Shown piece after piece: positions 28,882 through 64,000 of a stretch of DNA of 64,000 bases; the first letter of the stretch is position 1; every line of letters begins with the position of its first letter. The notes beneath the pieces are model-generated. The model was not told the DNA's origin and did not search any database. It was given only the letters and a program-made list of their open reading frames with translations. The translations under genes and the position numbers were made by a program. The stretch comes from the human T2T-CHM13v2.0 reference genome, Homo sapiens, in assembly GCF_009914755.1 (NCBI RefSeq), contig NC_060941.1; one strand, 5' to 3'.

Positions 28882-29539
28882 CTGGGGACACAGCACCCAC
28901 AGGCTGCCTCAGTGATAGCTGGCCAGGAAGAGGTGGCCCAGGGCTTGGGGGTGGTGGAGGACAGGGGCTGAGCCCAGGCGGGCACCCATGGGCAGAGGAA
29001 TGAAGGGACAGGAAGTGGACTCCTGGTTGCCCCAAACCTCCCAAGGCAGAAGTGGGGCACAGCAGGGAGCCGGGCCGGGAACAGCGAGGGAACCTCCCCT
29101 ACTGACTGGAGGGGGCCGGGCGGTGACCCCAACATCAAGAGTCTCAGCCCTGCTAGGAATCACTGTGTTGCATCCCTCAGCACCTCACCTGGACATAAAC
29201 CCAGGGCAGGTGGTGTGGGGGAGAGAGGACAGTGTGGTCCCTCTCCGGCCCTCAGAGGGCCCAGCTCCTCTGCCTCCACCTCTGCCCAGTGACCCCTGGC
29301 TCTCAGCTTCTCTCCATACCCTACTTCCTCCAGACTGTGGGCACAGAAACCCCCATGGGAGGGGAACTGAGGGCCCAAGGAGGTGGCATTGAACACCATC
29401 CCTCAGCAGCACCCACTGGCCCCACCCCTGTACTTCCCAAATCCCAGAAGAGGCTTGGAGGAGCATGGCCGGCCCTAAAGGGCGCTCTCCCTGTGACGCC
29501 AACTCTGCCTCCCACCCAGCCCTGGCCAGGCCCACAGAC

Positions 29540-29710
29540 CCCTCCTCGCCCTGCCCCGGGCACTGTGGACCAGAAGAAGCCCCTCCAGTCGGGGTCCTCA
29601 AAGATGTAGGGCAGCACGCGGGTGAGCAGCCGGCTGCAGTTCAGGACGATCTGCTTCTCCTTCTCCGAGTGGCAGCCACTCTCAGCTCCCTGCACCAGCT
29701 TCTCAACGGC
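29540..29710 (-). CDS. HID1: HID1 exon 3
   Basis: AVEKLVQG...LNCSRLLTRVLPYIFEDPDWRGFFWS...GRGG. Confidence 0.94.
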
Positions 29711-30282
29711 CTGTGGGGGCAGGCAGGAGCAGAGGGCAGGCTGGAAGGTGGGGAAAGGACCCTGGCACTTGGGGTCAGGGTGGGCACCCAGGCTGCAGAG
29801 GAGGGTCAGGGGGGGCACCCAGGCTGCAGAGGAGAGACAGTGGGGCCACAGGCAGAGGAGCCACCTGGAGTTGGGGTCGGCCAGCCTTGGGGGACTGGGA
29901 CACAGGCCAGAGCAGCTTGGAGCATCAGGACAGCCAGGGCCCAGCTAGCCACTGGATGGCTGAGGCCTTGCTAAGTGAGTCTCCCAGCCTCAGTTTCCCT
30001 ATCTGTAAACTGGCGACCCTGGCAGTACCCACCCCACAGAGGGAGCTAAATGAACTGATCTGTGGAAGGTGCTCAGTCAGATGTGGCCTGGAGGACTCCC
30101 CCATAAATGACGGCTGCCGTGGTCCCAACGCCCAGCAAAGAGAACCACAGAGAAGTGGAAGAGCTGAGTGAGGCCACAGGGCTGCCTGCCCCTGTGGGGC
30201 GGGAGGCCCTGGATGCGCCTGCCTTCTCCTGCTGTGGGCTGGGAGGGTGGAAGAGTAGCAGGAGGGACTGGGCAGCCCTCAC

Positions 30283-30432
30283 CTTGTAGCACAGGGTGGC
30301 CAAGTTGGAGGGTGACTCTTCCCGCACGGCCCGGATCTCTGCTGCCGGCACCAGTGCAAACACATCCTGCACCGAGGTGGCTGTGTCTGCCCAGAACTGG
30401 TCCCAAAAGGCATCATCGGTGGCTTCCACGGG
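30283..30432 (-). CDS. HID1: HID1 exon 2
   Basis: PVEATDDAFWDQFW...NLATLCYK. Confidence 0.95.
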
Positions 30433-31434
30433 CTGTGGGGGGACCAAGGGTCCAGAGTTACACAACTCCTGGCCAGAGGGCCTACACTTTGCCCAACTTG
30501 TGGCCAGGAGAGACCCTGAGAGGGAAGCCAGAGTCCCCCTACCTGCTGGGGTCCCAGAGCCATCCCACATGGGTGGGGGACATACTTCAGCCACCACAAC
30601 CCCTGGACAGCACAGTCAGGCTGGAGACACCAGGCATGCATGGTCAGGGGTCAGCTAGGCACAGAGTCAGCCAAAGCCCAACGCCACCCCTGAGGAGGTG
30701 TGTGACCCTGGTTAAGTCACCATCCTCCCCTGGCAAAGCAGGCTGACCTCCCCACCTGGGCACAGCCCCAGGCCACACCATTAGGTCAAATGCTCAGGGA
30801 TCCAGGTCAAGACCATGCCCTCTCTCCATGGGAAGAAGACAAAGGTGACTTGTACTCCGTTTCCAGTCACCCAGGATGCCCGCCACAGGCCTCCGGCTCT
30901 GCCCTCTCACAGCACACCCAAAACAGCTGCCACATCTGGTGAATTCACCTCTGTGGCTCTCTGACCCCAACACGCCCCTCTCAGCGCCCACCTCCAGCGC
31001 TGCAGCTCAGGCTGCCCTTGCCAGGGCTGCCAACTTCAAATCCACCTCTTTCAACCCTGCCTCTATGCTGCTGCCAACGCATGCACCGAGGTGGCATCCT
31101 GCATGCACCACGGCACCGCTGCCACAGGCACTGCTTCCTCACCCAGAGCCCTTCAGGGGCTCCCCACTGCCTGCTGGGACAAGTCCAAACCTCAGCCCAG
31201 CACTCAGCCAAGATCTCACAGAAACATGCCTTACACACGTGCACACAGACACACATGCGTACACACGTGTCATACACACATACACCTGCATTTACTACTC
31301 CAGGACTCCACCCTGCCATCTCTTCTCTTGACCTTCACCCAAGCTGTTCTCTCTTCCCCCTTCCCCTTTTCCCCACAACAATGCATTCCAAAATCCATTC
31401 CCACGGAGGCAACAGGCCTTAAAAACACACATGC

Positions 31435-33915
<2,481 letters not shown>

Positions 33916-34879
33916 AATAATAATTCTGGTCTCTGAAGCTACTTCTTCTAAGAAGCCTCCCAGAGCCCCAGGCTTGCTTGCTCCCACCTGGGAACCTCCG
34001 GCCCCACCCCACCCCCACCCTGCGTTGTTCCTGCCTCCACAGTCTGGGTGCACGTGCCTTGAAGCCCCATCAGTCCCTGACCTTGCCAGTAAGGCATATG
34101 GCAGATATTCAGCCAATATTTGTTCCACTGAAGCTGCGCTCAGTCCTGGGGACCCCTTCAGCCTGGCCACAGAGCAGGGCTGAGCACCCGTGGAACTCTC
34201 CAAACTCAGAGTTGGGGTCGCATGCCTCACCAAGGTCCAGGCATACCCCAGCCCACTCCCAGAGCAAACACCCCCACCCCACCCCAGGGAGCTGCAGGGT
34301 AACATGTGGCCATGACTCTCAGTCCCAGAACTGGTAGAGCGAGTTCTTCACTGGGGGAGAGGAACAAAGGCTAAAGGAGGGCCCTGGGGCTGGGGTTTGC
34401 TGGCCCTTGGGCCCTCAGCCAGGACAGCCCTCTGGCACTCCCTGGAGCGCAGGGACATGGCACCCCAGTCTGGGTGGCCTGGAGCCAGGATGGGGTAAGG
34501 AAGGACATCCCAGGAAACCCACAGAGCCATCTGGGAGTGCCTCTGGGAAGCCGCCATCCCTGACACTTTTCCCACCTCCCAGGTAGCTACTACCCCCTTC
34601 AAAGGGCAGAAACTAAGCACAAGCAGGCATGACCTCTGACCTAGTTCATCAGGCAGTGTCACCGGGGGACTAAATCCAAAATGAAGAAAGAGACTTACTA
34701 GCCCATTCTGGAAGCAGAGGAGAGATCCCAGCCATGACAGATCTCAGCCTTGAACTTTAGGAACAGGACTTTGCCTCCCTGTTTCCTCAGCTTGGGCCTC
34801 CTCTCCTGGTCCCACTGTGGCTTGGACATTCGGATTTGGTGACCACCTGCCCAGGCCAAGCTGATGCTACAGGCATTAG

Positions 34880-36028
<1,149 letters not shown>

Positions 36029-37849
36029 TAACCCAGCTTTTCCAGGCCCCTGCTCGGACTAGACCCCCACTCAGACCTGGGGGAGCAGTTGTATCTTTTG
36101 ACTCTCAGGGTGTGCAGGGGGAAGGTCCCCTAGTCCTCAAGCCTGCTAAGCCTGCTCTAGAGGACTGTGTCACCATGCATTCCCATGCACATACATGTAT
36201 ACACATGTAAATATGCACCCGCCAGGTTCATCTGGCCTGCAGCAGAGAATTCCAAACAGGCAGGATCTGGGAGAGGGTTCCAGGTCTGGGACTGTCTCCC
36301 TCCAGAGCCCCACCTACTATGAGGAAGCACCAGGAAACACAGCCAAAGCGGCTGGCTCTTAGGACCAGGGTCAGGCCTGACCCAGGACTGGACCATGGGG
36401 CAGGAAGAAAACAGGATGCAGGGCAGGAAGGCGAGGAAGGTGGAGCAGCAGGGATACAGGCCCAGGCCACAGGAAAAGGGGCTAGTTCTGCCTGTCTACT
36501 GCCCAAGCCACACCCTGTAAGAGCCTGGAACCACATATCATCCTATGGACAACTGGCCTGAATCTCCTTGGGGACTCCAAGTGGTAAGGTCAGTGATGAT
36601 CATCTGGGTTCTGATCCTCACACCCAAGCTACCCAAGTCAGGTCACTTACACAGAGTCCAAGGCTTCAGCCTCTGAAGGCCTCTCCCCCCGGGCAGCCCA
36701 GGCCCCCGTCCGCCTACAGGACCCAGTGCTCTCCAGAAGGCTGGTCTGATCTCCAGCCTATCCAGGTTCTATTCCAAGCCTACTCAGCTGGGAAACAGAA
36801 CAGCACCATCTCAAGTGGCCCATCATAGGGCTGTAGCCAGGGAAAGACAGAGGGACACAGTATTTTGGGGAAAAGGCCTGAGCAGGTAGGAATCTAGGCC
36901 ACTCCAGAGCCTTTGGTACTCTGCTGAGCTGGCCCCACTGGCCTGGCAAAGGACCCCAGCTGCCGAGCCCACAGTGCAATCCTCCAACAAGGAGTTTCTT
37001 CCCCAGGCAGGTAAACATGGGAGCCTCCCTTCCTCCCTGCCTCCCCACTCCTCTCCCTGCAGCCCTACACTGAGGGGCTAGCCCACTTGCCACCTTCCCT
37101 GCCACCCACAGAACGAAAACCCCATCCTAAAAAAGCCAAGCTCCAGAACGACCCAGGAGCCGTAGGGAATGGAGAGAAGTGCGGTCTGGTTTCTATCAAG
37201 AGCCTTTCAGCCGGGGTTGGACTCTCCAGAGGCCCTGGGCATTTGCTGCACATTTGACCCTTCCAGGGTGGGGAAAGGGGTGAGGGAGCAAGGTCTGGCC
37301 CCTGGAGCTGTGACCAGCTGGCTGTGGGAGCTGGCTTCCTCCATCCCACTCTAACCTCCAGCAGCAAGAGAGAGCCCTGGAGAGCAGGAGGTGGGGGGGC
37401 CAGGAAAGAGGAAGATCCCAGATGGCAGCAGGTCCTGTGTCCCCTGAAAATGGGGGACATGGGGAGTCAGGGCCGAGCATCTCTGTGGCCACGGTGGCCT
37501 GATTCAAAAAGCCAGGAGAGAAGGGGTGGGCAGAGAAGCAGTCTTGCTGGGGCCAGGTGGTATAAGGAGGTGGCTATTGGGCCACTTGTGGACTCACAGG
37601 AGAGTTATGAGCATGGACTAGGCTGGAGGGTCCTTAGGCCCCTCACCAGCTGACTGAGGGCCATCCTGCGGGTCCCCATCCCTGAGCCAGAGAACAGAGC
37701 ACACAGGCTAACAGCCTTTCCCTTGCAGGGCCTCGGGGAAGGCCCCTGGAGAGGTCCCCAGCTGGGAGGCTGTGCTCAGTAGGCCTGGGGACAGGGCCCC
37801 CCACCAGGCTGCCTCGCTGCCCGCCACTCTTTGCGTGTTCCCAGGAAGA

Positions 37850-47007
<9,158 letters not shown>

Positions 47008-47849
47008 CAGATTCATCTTTGATTAGTTTTAGGAGTTTTTCAGGCAGGGCAGGTGGATCTGACCTGGGGCAAAGGGATAAGGAACGCTGTGAATTGTGGA
47101 GTTAGGGGGTCATTGGGAAGAAGGCCGAAGAAGGAAGGCCAAGAAAAATGGCTTAGAACATTTCTTCATTCATTGGGAGACCTGCCATGTGCCAGCCAGA
47201 GTCCCTGCCCTCAAGGAGTTCTCAGTCTGCCGGGAAGCAGAAGGGTCCCACGCAGAGAGCCTCCATGCTGTGACGCGGCTGTGCTAGAGGCGGGGGAGCC
47301 CAGGCAGCCCTCAGCGGGCAAATGCACCTGGGGCTTCTCCCCAGGTCTCTTCTCCCAAGGCTGAGCCTTGACTGCAGGCTCCACCTGCCTCCCCAGCCAG
47401 AAAGGTAAAGTCCCTGCACTGGCATCCCCAGCCTGCCTTAGGAGCCCTGCCAGAGATGGGGTAGTGAGGGGCAAGGAATAGTTCCTCCAGGTGAAAACCG
47501 ATAATAAGGCCCTAATAGTCACTGACCGTGCTCGGCAGACCCCAGCGCTGATCTAAGCGCTGGCGTGTATGAACTCATCGCACCCTCCCAACCAGCCCAG
47601 GAGGTATCAGAGGAGTAAGGTTGGATATCATCAGCACAAGTCTCCTAAAGGTCACCCCACTGATGACAGGCCTGGAGGGTTCACACTGCAGAGATTTGAG
47701 GTAGACATATGGAGGCATTTCCCGACCGCAAGAACCTTGAGAATCTGAAATAATGTACCCTTCAGAGCACACGATTGTCTGGAACAAACTCAGACGGTGC
47801 ATGGGGGAGAGGGGGATGGGCAGCAGATGACCTCACTCCAATGTCCTGA

Positions 47850-48560
47850 GCGCCTTACCCCGCCAGGCGCTGACCTCAGACTGGTGGAGGGGACAGATGG
47901 GGCGAGATCATTCAGTACAGTGTGCGCCCAGCGCTGGAGCGAACATGTCCGGGGACAGGGAGGGAGGCGCCGCTTGCAGGGGTGTGGGGACTCGAGGAAG
48001 GTTTCCAGATGTCGCCCTATCCTTTAACCTCAACCCGAGATGTGCAGCGCGCGAGGTCGGTCGACGCCCTTCGCCTCCCGCAACGCCGCTGTGCGGTTGG
48101 GGGCGGTGCGGTCCCTCTGCCGCCAGCGCAGCCCGCGAGCCGTCACTTCCTGTGGGCTGGGCCGAGCCGGGCTGCGCGCGGAGGTAGGGGATGCAGGCTG
48201 GGGGTGAGCAGCAGCGACGGTGCCATCGGCTGTCGCATCGGCGTCCTCAGCCCCGCCCCGCGCCTAAGCGGCGCTCGCTGGGAGGGCCTGGCCATCTTCG
48301 CGCGGTGGCCGGGCGCTCCCGGGGTCCCCTGCCTGTGCCCCGTTCCCCCATCCAGAACCTGGGCTGGAGGTGCTAGGGAGCTCTGGGAGCCTGGGCTGCA
48401 CGCAGGGAAGTGCTCTCGGCCGCCGGGGTCACAAGACTCCAGGGCTTCACAGTGCCCAAGGCTTGGTGGACATCGAGCCCACCGGGGAATCTTTGCCATC
48501 AGCGCCGTGTTTTGATGCCCGCGGCAAGGAACACCACGAAATAGGTTTCCTGACACTCAG
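47850..48560. promoter_or_regulatory. Orphan CpG island with promoter-type motifs (ETS/half-CRE, YY1, GC boxes)
   Basis: Non-repeat CpG-rich block between Alu clusters; CGTCACTTCCTG 48141-48152, GGCCATCTT 48290-48298, ccccgcccc 48251-48259. Confidence 0.7.
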
Positions 48561-48762
48561 GTGAGGTGCCAGGTCCTGGGTTACCAAGGTCAGGTCAGGT
48601 GGTCTGTACTTGCCACCCCTGGGTCGGCTCTCTACCCTGCTTGACTACATCACAGGAAAAGGCTGGAAATGGATCCGGGGCTTGTTGACCTGTAGCTCAT
48701 GGAGGCTGAAGAATTTCCTCCTTGAAGGCAGACCTGATTTTCCTCCTCACGGAAGAGTTTAG

Positions 48763-48987
<225 letters not shown>

Positions 48988-49842
48988 TAGGTGGGATTAC
49001 AGGCGTGCACCACCATGTCTGTCTAATTTTTGTATTTTTGGTAGAGATGGGGTTTCGCCGTGTTGGCAAGGCTGATCTAGAACTCCTGAGCTCAAGTGAT
49101 CCGCCCGCCTCGGCCTCCCAAAGTGCTAGGATTACAGGCGTGACCCACTGTGCCTGGCTTCTTCTTTAGTAAATAAACTATTTTATCAAAGTATAATATA
49201 TCTTCAGAATAGTGCACACATCTTAAGTGTACAGTTGGGTGAATTTTCACAAAGTGAACACACCTGTGTAACCAGCACCCAGCTCAGGAGATAGAATTCT
49301 CCTGAATGGGAGTTAGTGTTTAATGGTACAGAGTTTCAGTTTTACAAGATGAAAATAGCTACGGAGATGGATGGTGGTGATAGTTGTACGTTATAAATGT
49401 ATTGAATACCACTAAACTGTACACTCAAAAATGGTAAATGGTAAATCTTATGTGTGTTTCACCACAATCGTAAAAAAAAAAAAAGAAAAAAGATCAGCTG
49501 GGTGTGGTGGCACAAGCCTGCAGTCCCAGCCATTTAGGAGGCTAAAGCAGGAGGATCACTTGAGCCCAGGACTTTGAGGTTACAGTGAACTATGATTATG
49601 ACACTACACCCCAGCCTGGGATCCCATCTCAAAAATAAGTTTAAAAAATTTTAGAAAAAGATTCCCAGCCACTTAGAATTCTCCACATGCCTTCCCAAAG
49701 CCAAACACTATCTTGATTCATTTTGCCAGTTTTTAACTTTATTATTATTTATATTTTATAGAGACAGAGGGTGGCTGTGATGCCCAGGCTCGTCTCAAAC
49801 TCATGGCCTCTAGTGATCCTCTTGCCTCACCCTTCCGAGTAG

Positions 49843-49992
<150 letters not shown>

Positions 49993-50204
49993 TGAGTAGC
50001 TGGGACTACAGGTGCCTGCCACCACGCCCAGCTAATTTATTTTTTATTTTTTTAGTAGAGTCGGGGTTTCACCGTGTTAGCCAGAATGGTCTCGATCTCC
50101 TGACCTCGTGATCTGCCTGCCTCGGCCTCCCAAAGTGCTGGGATTACAGGCGTGAGCCACTGCACCTGGCCATGAACTTTATATAAAATGGAATCATGCA
50201 GTGC

Positions 50205-50683
50205 TGTGATAGAATCATAACCACTAAAGATATCCACATCCTAACCCCCAGAATCTCTGAATATGTTACCTTGCCCAACATAAGGGACTTTGCAGATGTG
50301 ATTTAGTTAAAGACATTGAGACAGGGAGATTATGCTGTATTATTCAGTGTGCCCAGTTTAAGCAGAAGAGTCCTTTATAAGAGGGAGGTGGAAAAGGTAA
50401 GAGTGATGGGATGTGAAAAAGACTCCACCTTCTGTTGCTGACTTTGAAGATTGACAAAGAGGCCATGAGCCAAGGACTATGGGGTGGCCTCTAGAAGGTG
50501 CAAAAGACAAGGAAACAGATACTCCCCTGGAACCTCCAGAAGGAACACAGCTTCTACCAATGCTTTGACTTTAGCCAGTGATCCTTGTCAGACTTCTACA
50601 GAATTATAAAATAATAAATTTGTGTTGTTTCAAGCCCATTAAATTTGGGGTCATTTGTTACAGAAGCAATAAGAGACAAATAC
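50205..50683 (+). mobile_element. MLT1D-like LTR
   Basis: aaagatatccacatcctaacccccagaatctctgaatatgttacc...gggactttgcagatgtgatt...aataaatttgtgttgtttcaagcc. Confidence 0.75.
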
Positions 50684-50976
50684 AGGTATTTACTCTTTGT
50701 GTCTGGCATCTTTCACTCAACTTTTTTTTTTTAGCCCAAGCCCATGACAGTAGATCATTGTATTTGTACTATATAACATTCCATTACATGAACATGCCAC
50801 ATATTCTTCGTCAACTGTTGATGGACATTTGTGTTGTTTCCAGTGTGGGCGCTTATGAATACTGTGGCTATGAACTTTCTTGTACATGTCTTTGGGATAA
50901 GGTATGTGCATATTTCTCTTGCACATATATAGGAATAGAATTTCTGGGTTATAGGGTATGCATGTATAGTGGCTGC

Positions 50977-51682
<706 letters not shown>

Positions 51683-51889
51683 TAGTAGAGACAGGGTTTC
51701 ACCATGTTTCCCAGGCTGGTCTTGAACTCCTGACCTCAAGCGATCCACCCTCCTTGGCCTTCCAAAGCGTTGGGAATTACAGGCATGAGCCACCACGCCC
51801 GGGCAGTTTTCTAAAGTGGTTGTCGTCCTATGTATTCCCTCCAGCAGGGTGAGAGAGTTCCAGTTGCTCAACATTCTTGCCAATACTAG

Positions 51890-52078
<189 letters not shown>

Positions 52079-52769
52079 TAATTTTTATTTTTAAATTTTT
52101 TTATAGAAATAGGATCTTGCTATGTTGCCCAGGCTGCTCTTGAACTCCAGGCTCAAGTGATCCTCCCAACCTCGGCCTCCCCAGAGTTCTGGGATTATAG
52201 GCATGAACCACCACGCCTGGCCTTTTTTTTTTTTTTTTTTTTCCCTAAAGCCACTCTGGTGATTGGGTAGTGATACCTCATTGTGGTTTTCATTTGCATT
52301 TTTCTGATGGCTAAAGAAGTTCAGTACCTTGTTGCATATTTATTCAGTTATTTGTGTATCCTTTTTTGTGAATTACCTGGTCAAATCTTTTACCCACTTT
52401 TCTACTGGGTTGCGTGCCTTTTTCTTATGACTATGCAGATGTTCTTTCTGTATTCTGGATACAAGTCATTCGTTGGGTATATCACAACATTATTCAGAGA
52501 TTCTCAACGGCACCAGCACATTAGGGTCCCAATAAAAATGAGTTACGTGAATGCTTGAGTCCGAACACTCTTCTAAGGAAAGAATGCTTGGACAGATGCA
52601 AGTGTGTATAGTTTTAATGGGTATAATTGGATATAGGATATGGGTCCCAAGGAAAGGAAAACAGAACCTTGAATGCAGGTAACACACCCTCAAACTTTGC
52701 CACTTTCAGCCTGTGGTTTCTAGCCACAAGCACTTAAACACGCAGTTCCCAAAGGCAACTGTAAATTAG

Positions 52770-53144
<375 letters not shown>

Positions 53145-53289
53145 TAGCCAGCTGTGAAAGAGAAACAATATTCTTGCTTCCAGGAGATCTAGGAGAGACG
53201 ACAACTTCTAAAATAGCATAATTTTAGACATGAGACATAAACTGAATAGGTCGTAGGGGGAAGTAGGACGAAAGGGTTGATCAAGCAAT

Positions 53290-54280
<991 letters not shown>

Positions 54281-55197
54281 CCTTCGTCATGTTTTGCTGG
54301 GAGGGTGGCTTGTGTGTAGAGGGAAGTTATCTCACGCCAAATCCAGCAGCACCCGTCCCTGACAGGAATTATGAGCTCTAAGACTCCTAGAAAGTTTCCC
54401 TAACTCGCTTCCTACTCAGGGAGAAGTGGTACCGCGTCTTTGCTGGTGAAGAAGCAGAAAGTCAAGTCTCCCTTCTGCCTTCGAGAGTCAGGAGTCGCTT
54501 AGCCCTCCCCTGCCCGGTCCCCTTGCAAATGGCTCATGGTTTGGAGGGGGTCAGGTTCGGGAATCCCGGCCAGTGTGCCAGGCGAGAGACCGAATAAAGA
54601 GGGATACATCTCCGCTGCCCCCAGTTGCCATCTGAGGACAGAAAGGGCGACTGGAAGGGGGTTAGAAGCTGGTGATGAGGTGGCCGAAATGACATCACTG
54701 GGAGTGGGGGGTGGGGCTGTTGGGACAGAAAGGAAGAGGAGGCCTGCTGGAGTGGAGTCAGTTCTATCCTCTCCTCCCCTAAGATGCCTCCTTCTTGGAT
54801 GGTGAGAGCTGGAAGGGGCGAGGAAACATGTCCAGGGAGAAGTGACCTTCCCATGGCCTCCAGCAAGCTGGGGGGTGTGGACATAAGTCTGCTGCAGTTT
54901 GTGCCATTGTGGCCTGCTGTGGTGTGCCCACACCCTGGTCTCCATCCACAAGGCTCCAGAGGGCTGGCTTTGCCCTGATGTGCAGCAGCTATCCGGATTC
55001 TGAAGCCCCTGACCTACTTCCCCACATGGCCAAGACTGGCTGGCAGATGAGGCTCTGTCCTTGTGCTGAGGACAAGGGTTAATCATAGCCTCAGGGGGAC
55101 CAGGGTGGGACTGGGGATGCTGGACTAGGCCCTGCCATGGTCTGTGCCCTGGACTCTGGCCTCAGCCTCCTTGGCTGAAATGAGATACAGCTCCTCT

Positions 55198-55199
<2 letters not shown>

Positions 55200-55250
<51 letters not shown>

Positions 55251-55257
55251 CCACACA
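55200..55257. repeat. (CA)n microsatellite in CDR2L intron 1
   Basis: Direct reading. Confidence 0.95.
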
Positions 55258-55412
55258 TTGTGACAACCCCCTCTCCCATCCTGGGCAGTAAATTTTTCCA
55301 TGAACACCTATTAGGCTCCCCTTAAGTACCAGACACCATCCTGGGAGCTAGGAATAGTCACAGCCCTGACCCTGAAGGTATACCCTGGCAGGTGAAGGAG
55401 GCAGGCTTGTAA

Positions 55413-64000
<8,588 letters not shown>

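Noticed and set aside
55051-55070. RE1-like GGCTCTGTCCTTGTGCTGAG in CDR2L intron 1
   Set aside because: Half-site spacing is one base short of canonical and the GGTGCTGA half is mismatched

Overview
Human (primate) genomic DNA, GC-rich and very Alu-dense, recognisable as the OTOP3-HID1-CDR2L locus (17q25.1). It holds the complete OTOP3 proton-channel gene (+ strand, 7 exons, two alternative first coding exons giving 596 or 578 aa) and the complete HID1 gene (- strand, 19 coding exons, 788 aa, convergent with OTOP3). It also holds the CpG-island promoter and first coding exon of CDR2L (+ strand; exon 2 lies beyond the window). I placed all exon boundaries by hand from splice signals and checked them by frame arithmetic. 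I see no novel protein-coding system; most ORFs in the track are Alu- or GC-content artefacts. The best leads are: an orphan CpG island with promoter grammar between HID1 and CDR2L; a short insertion inside an Alu apparently copied from 2 kb away; in-frame strong-context CUGs upstream of the myristoylated HID1 start; a wide-spacer RE1/REST site in OTOP3 intron 1; a 2x2 in-frame splice choice at the OTOP3 5' end; a GC-AG intron and a NAGNAG acceptor in HID1; uORFs in the CDR2L leader; and an Alu whose A-tail is replaced by G13.
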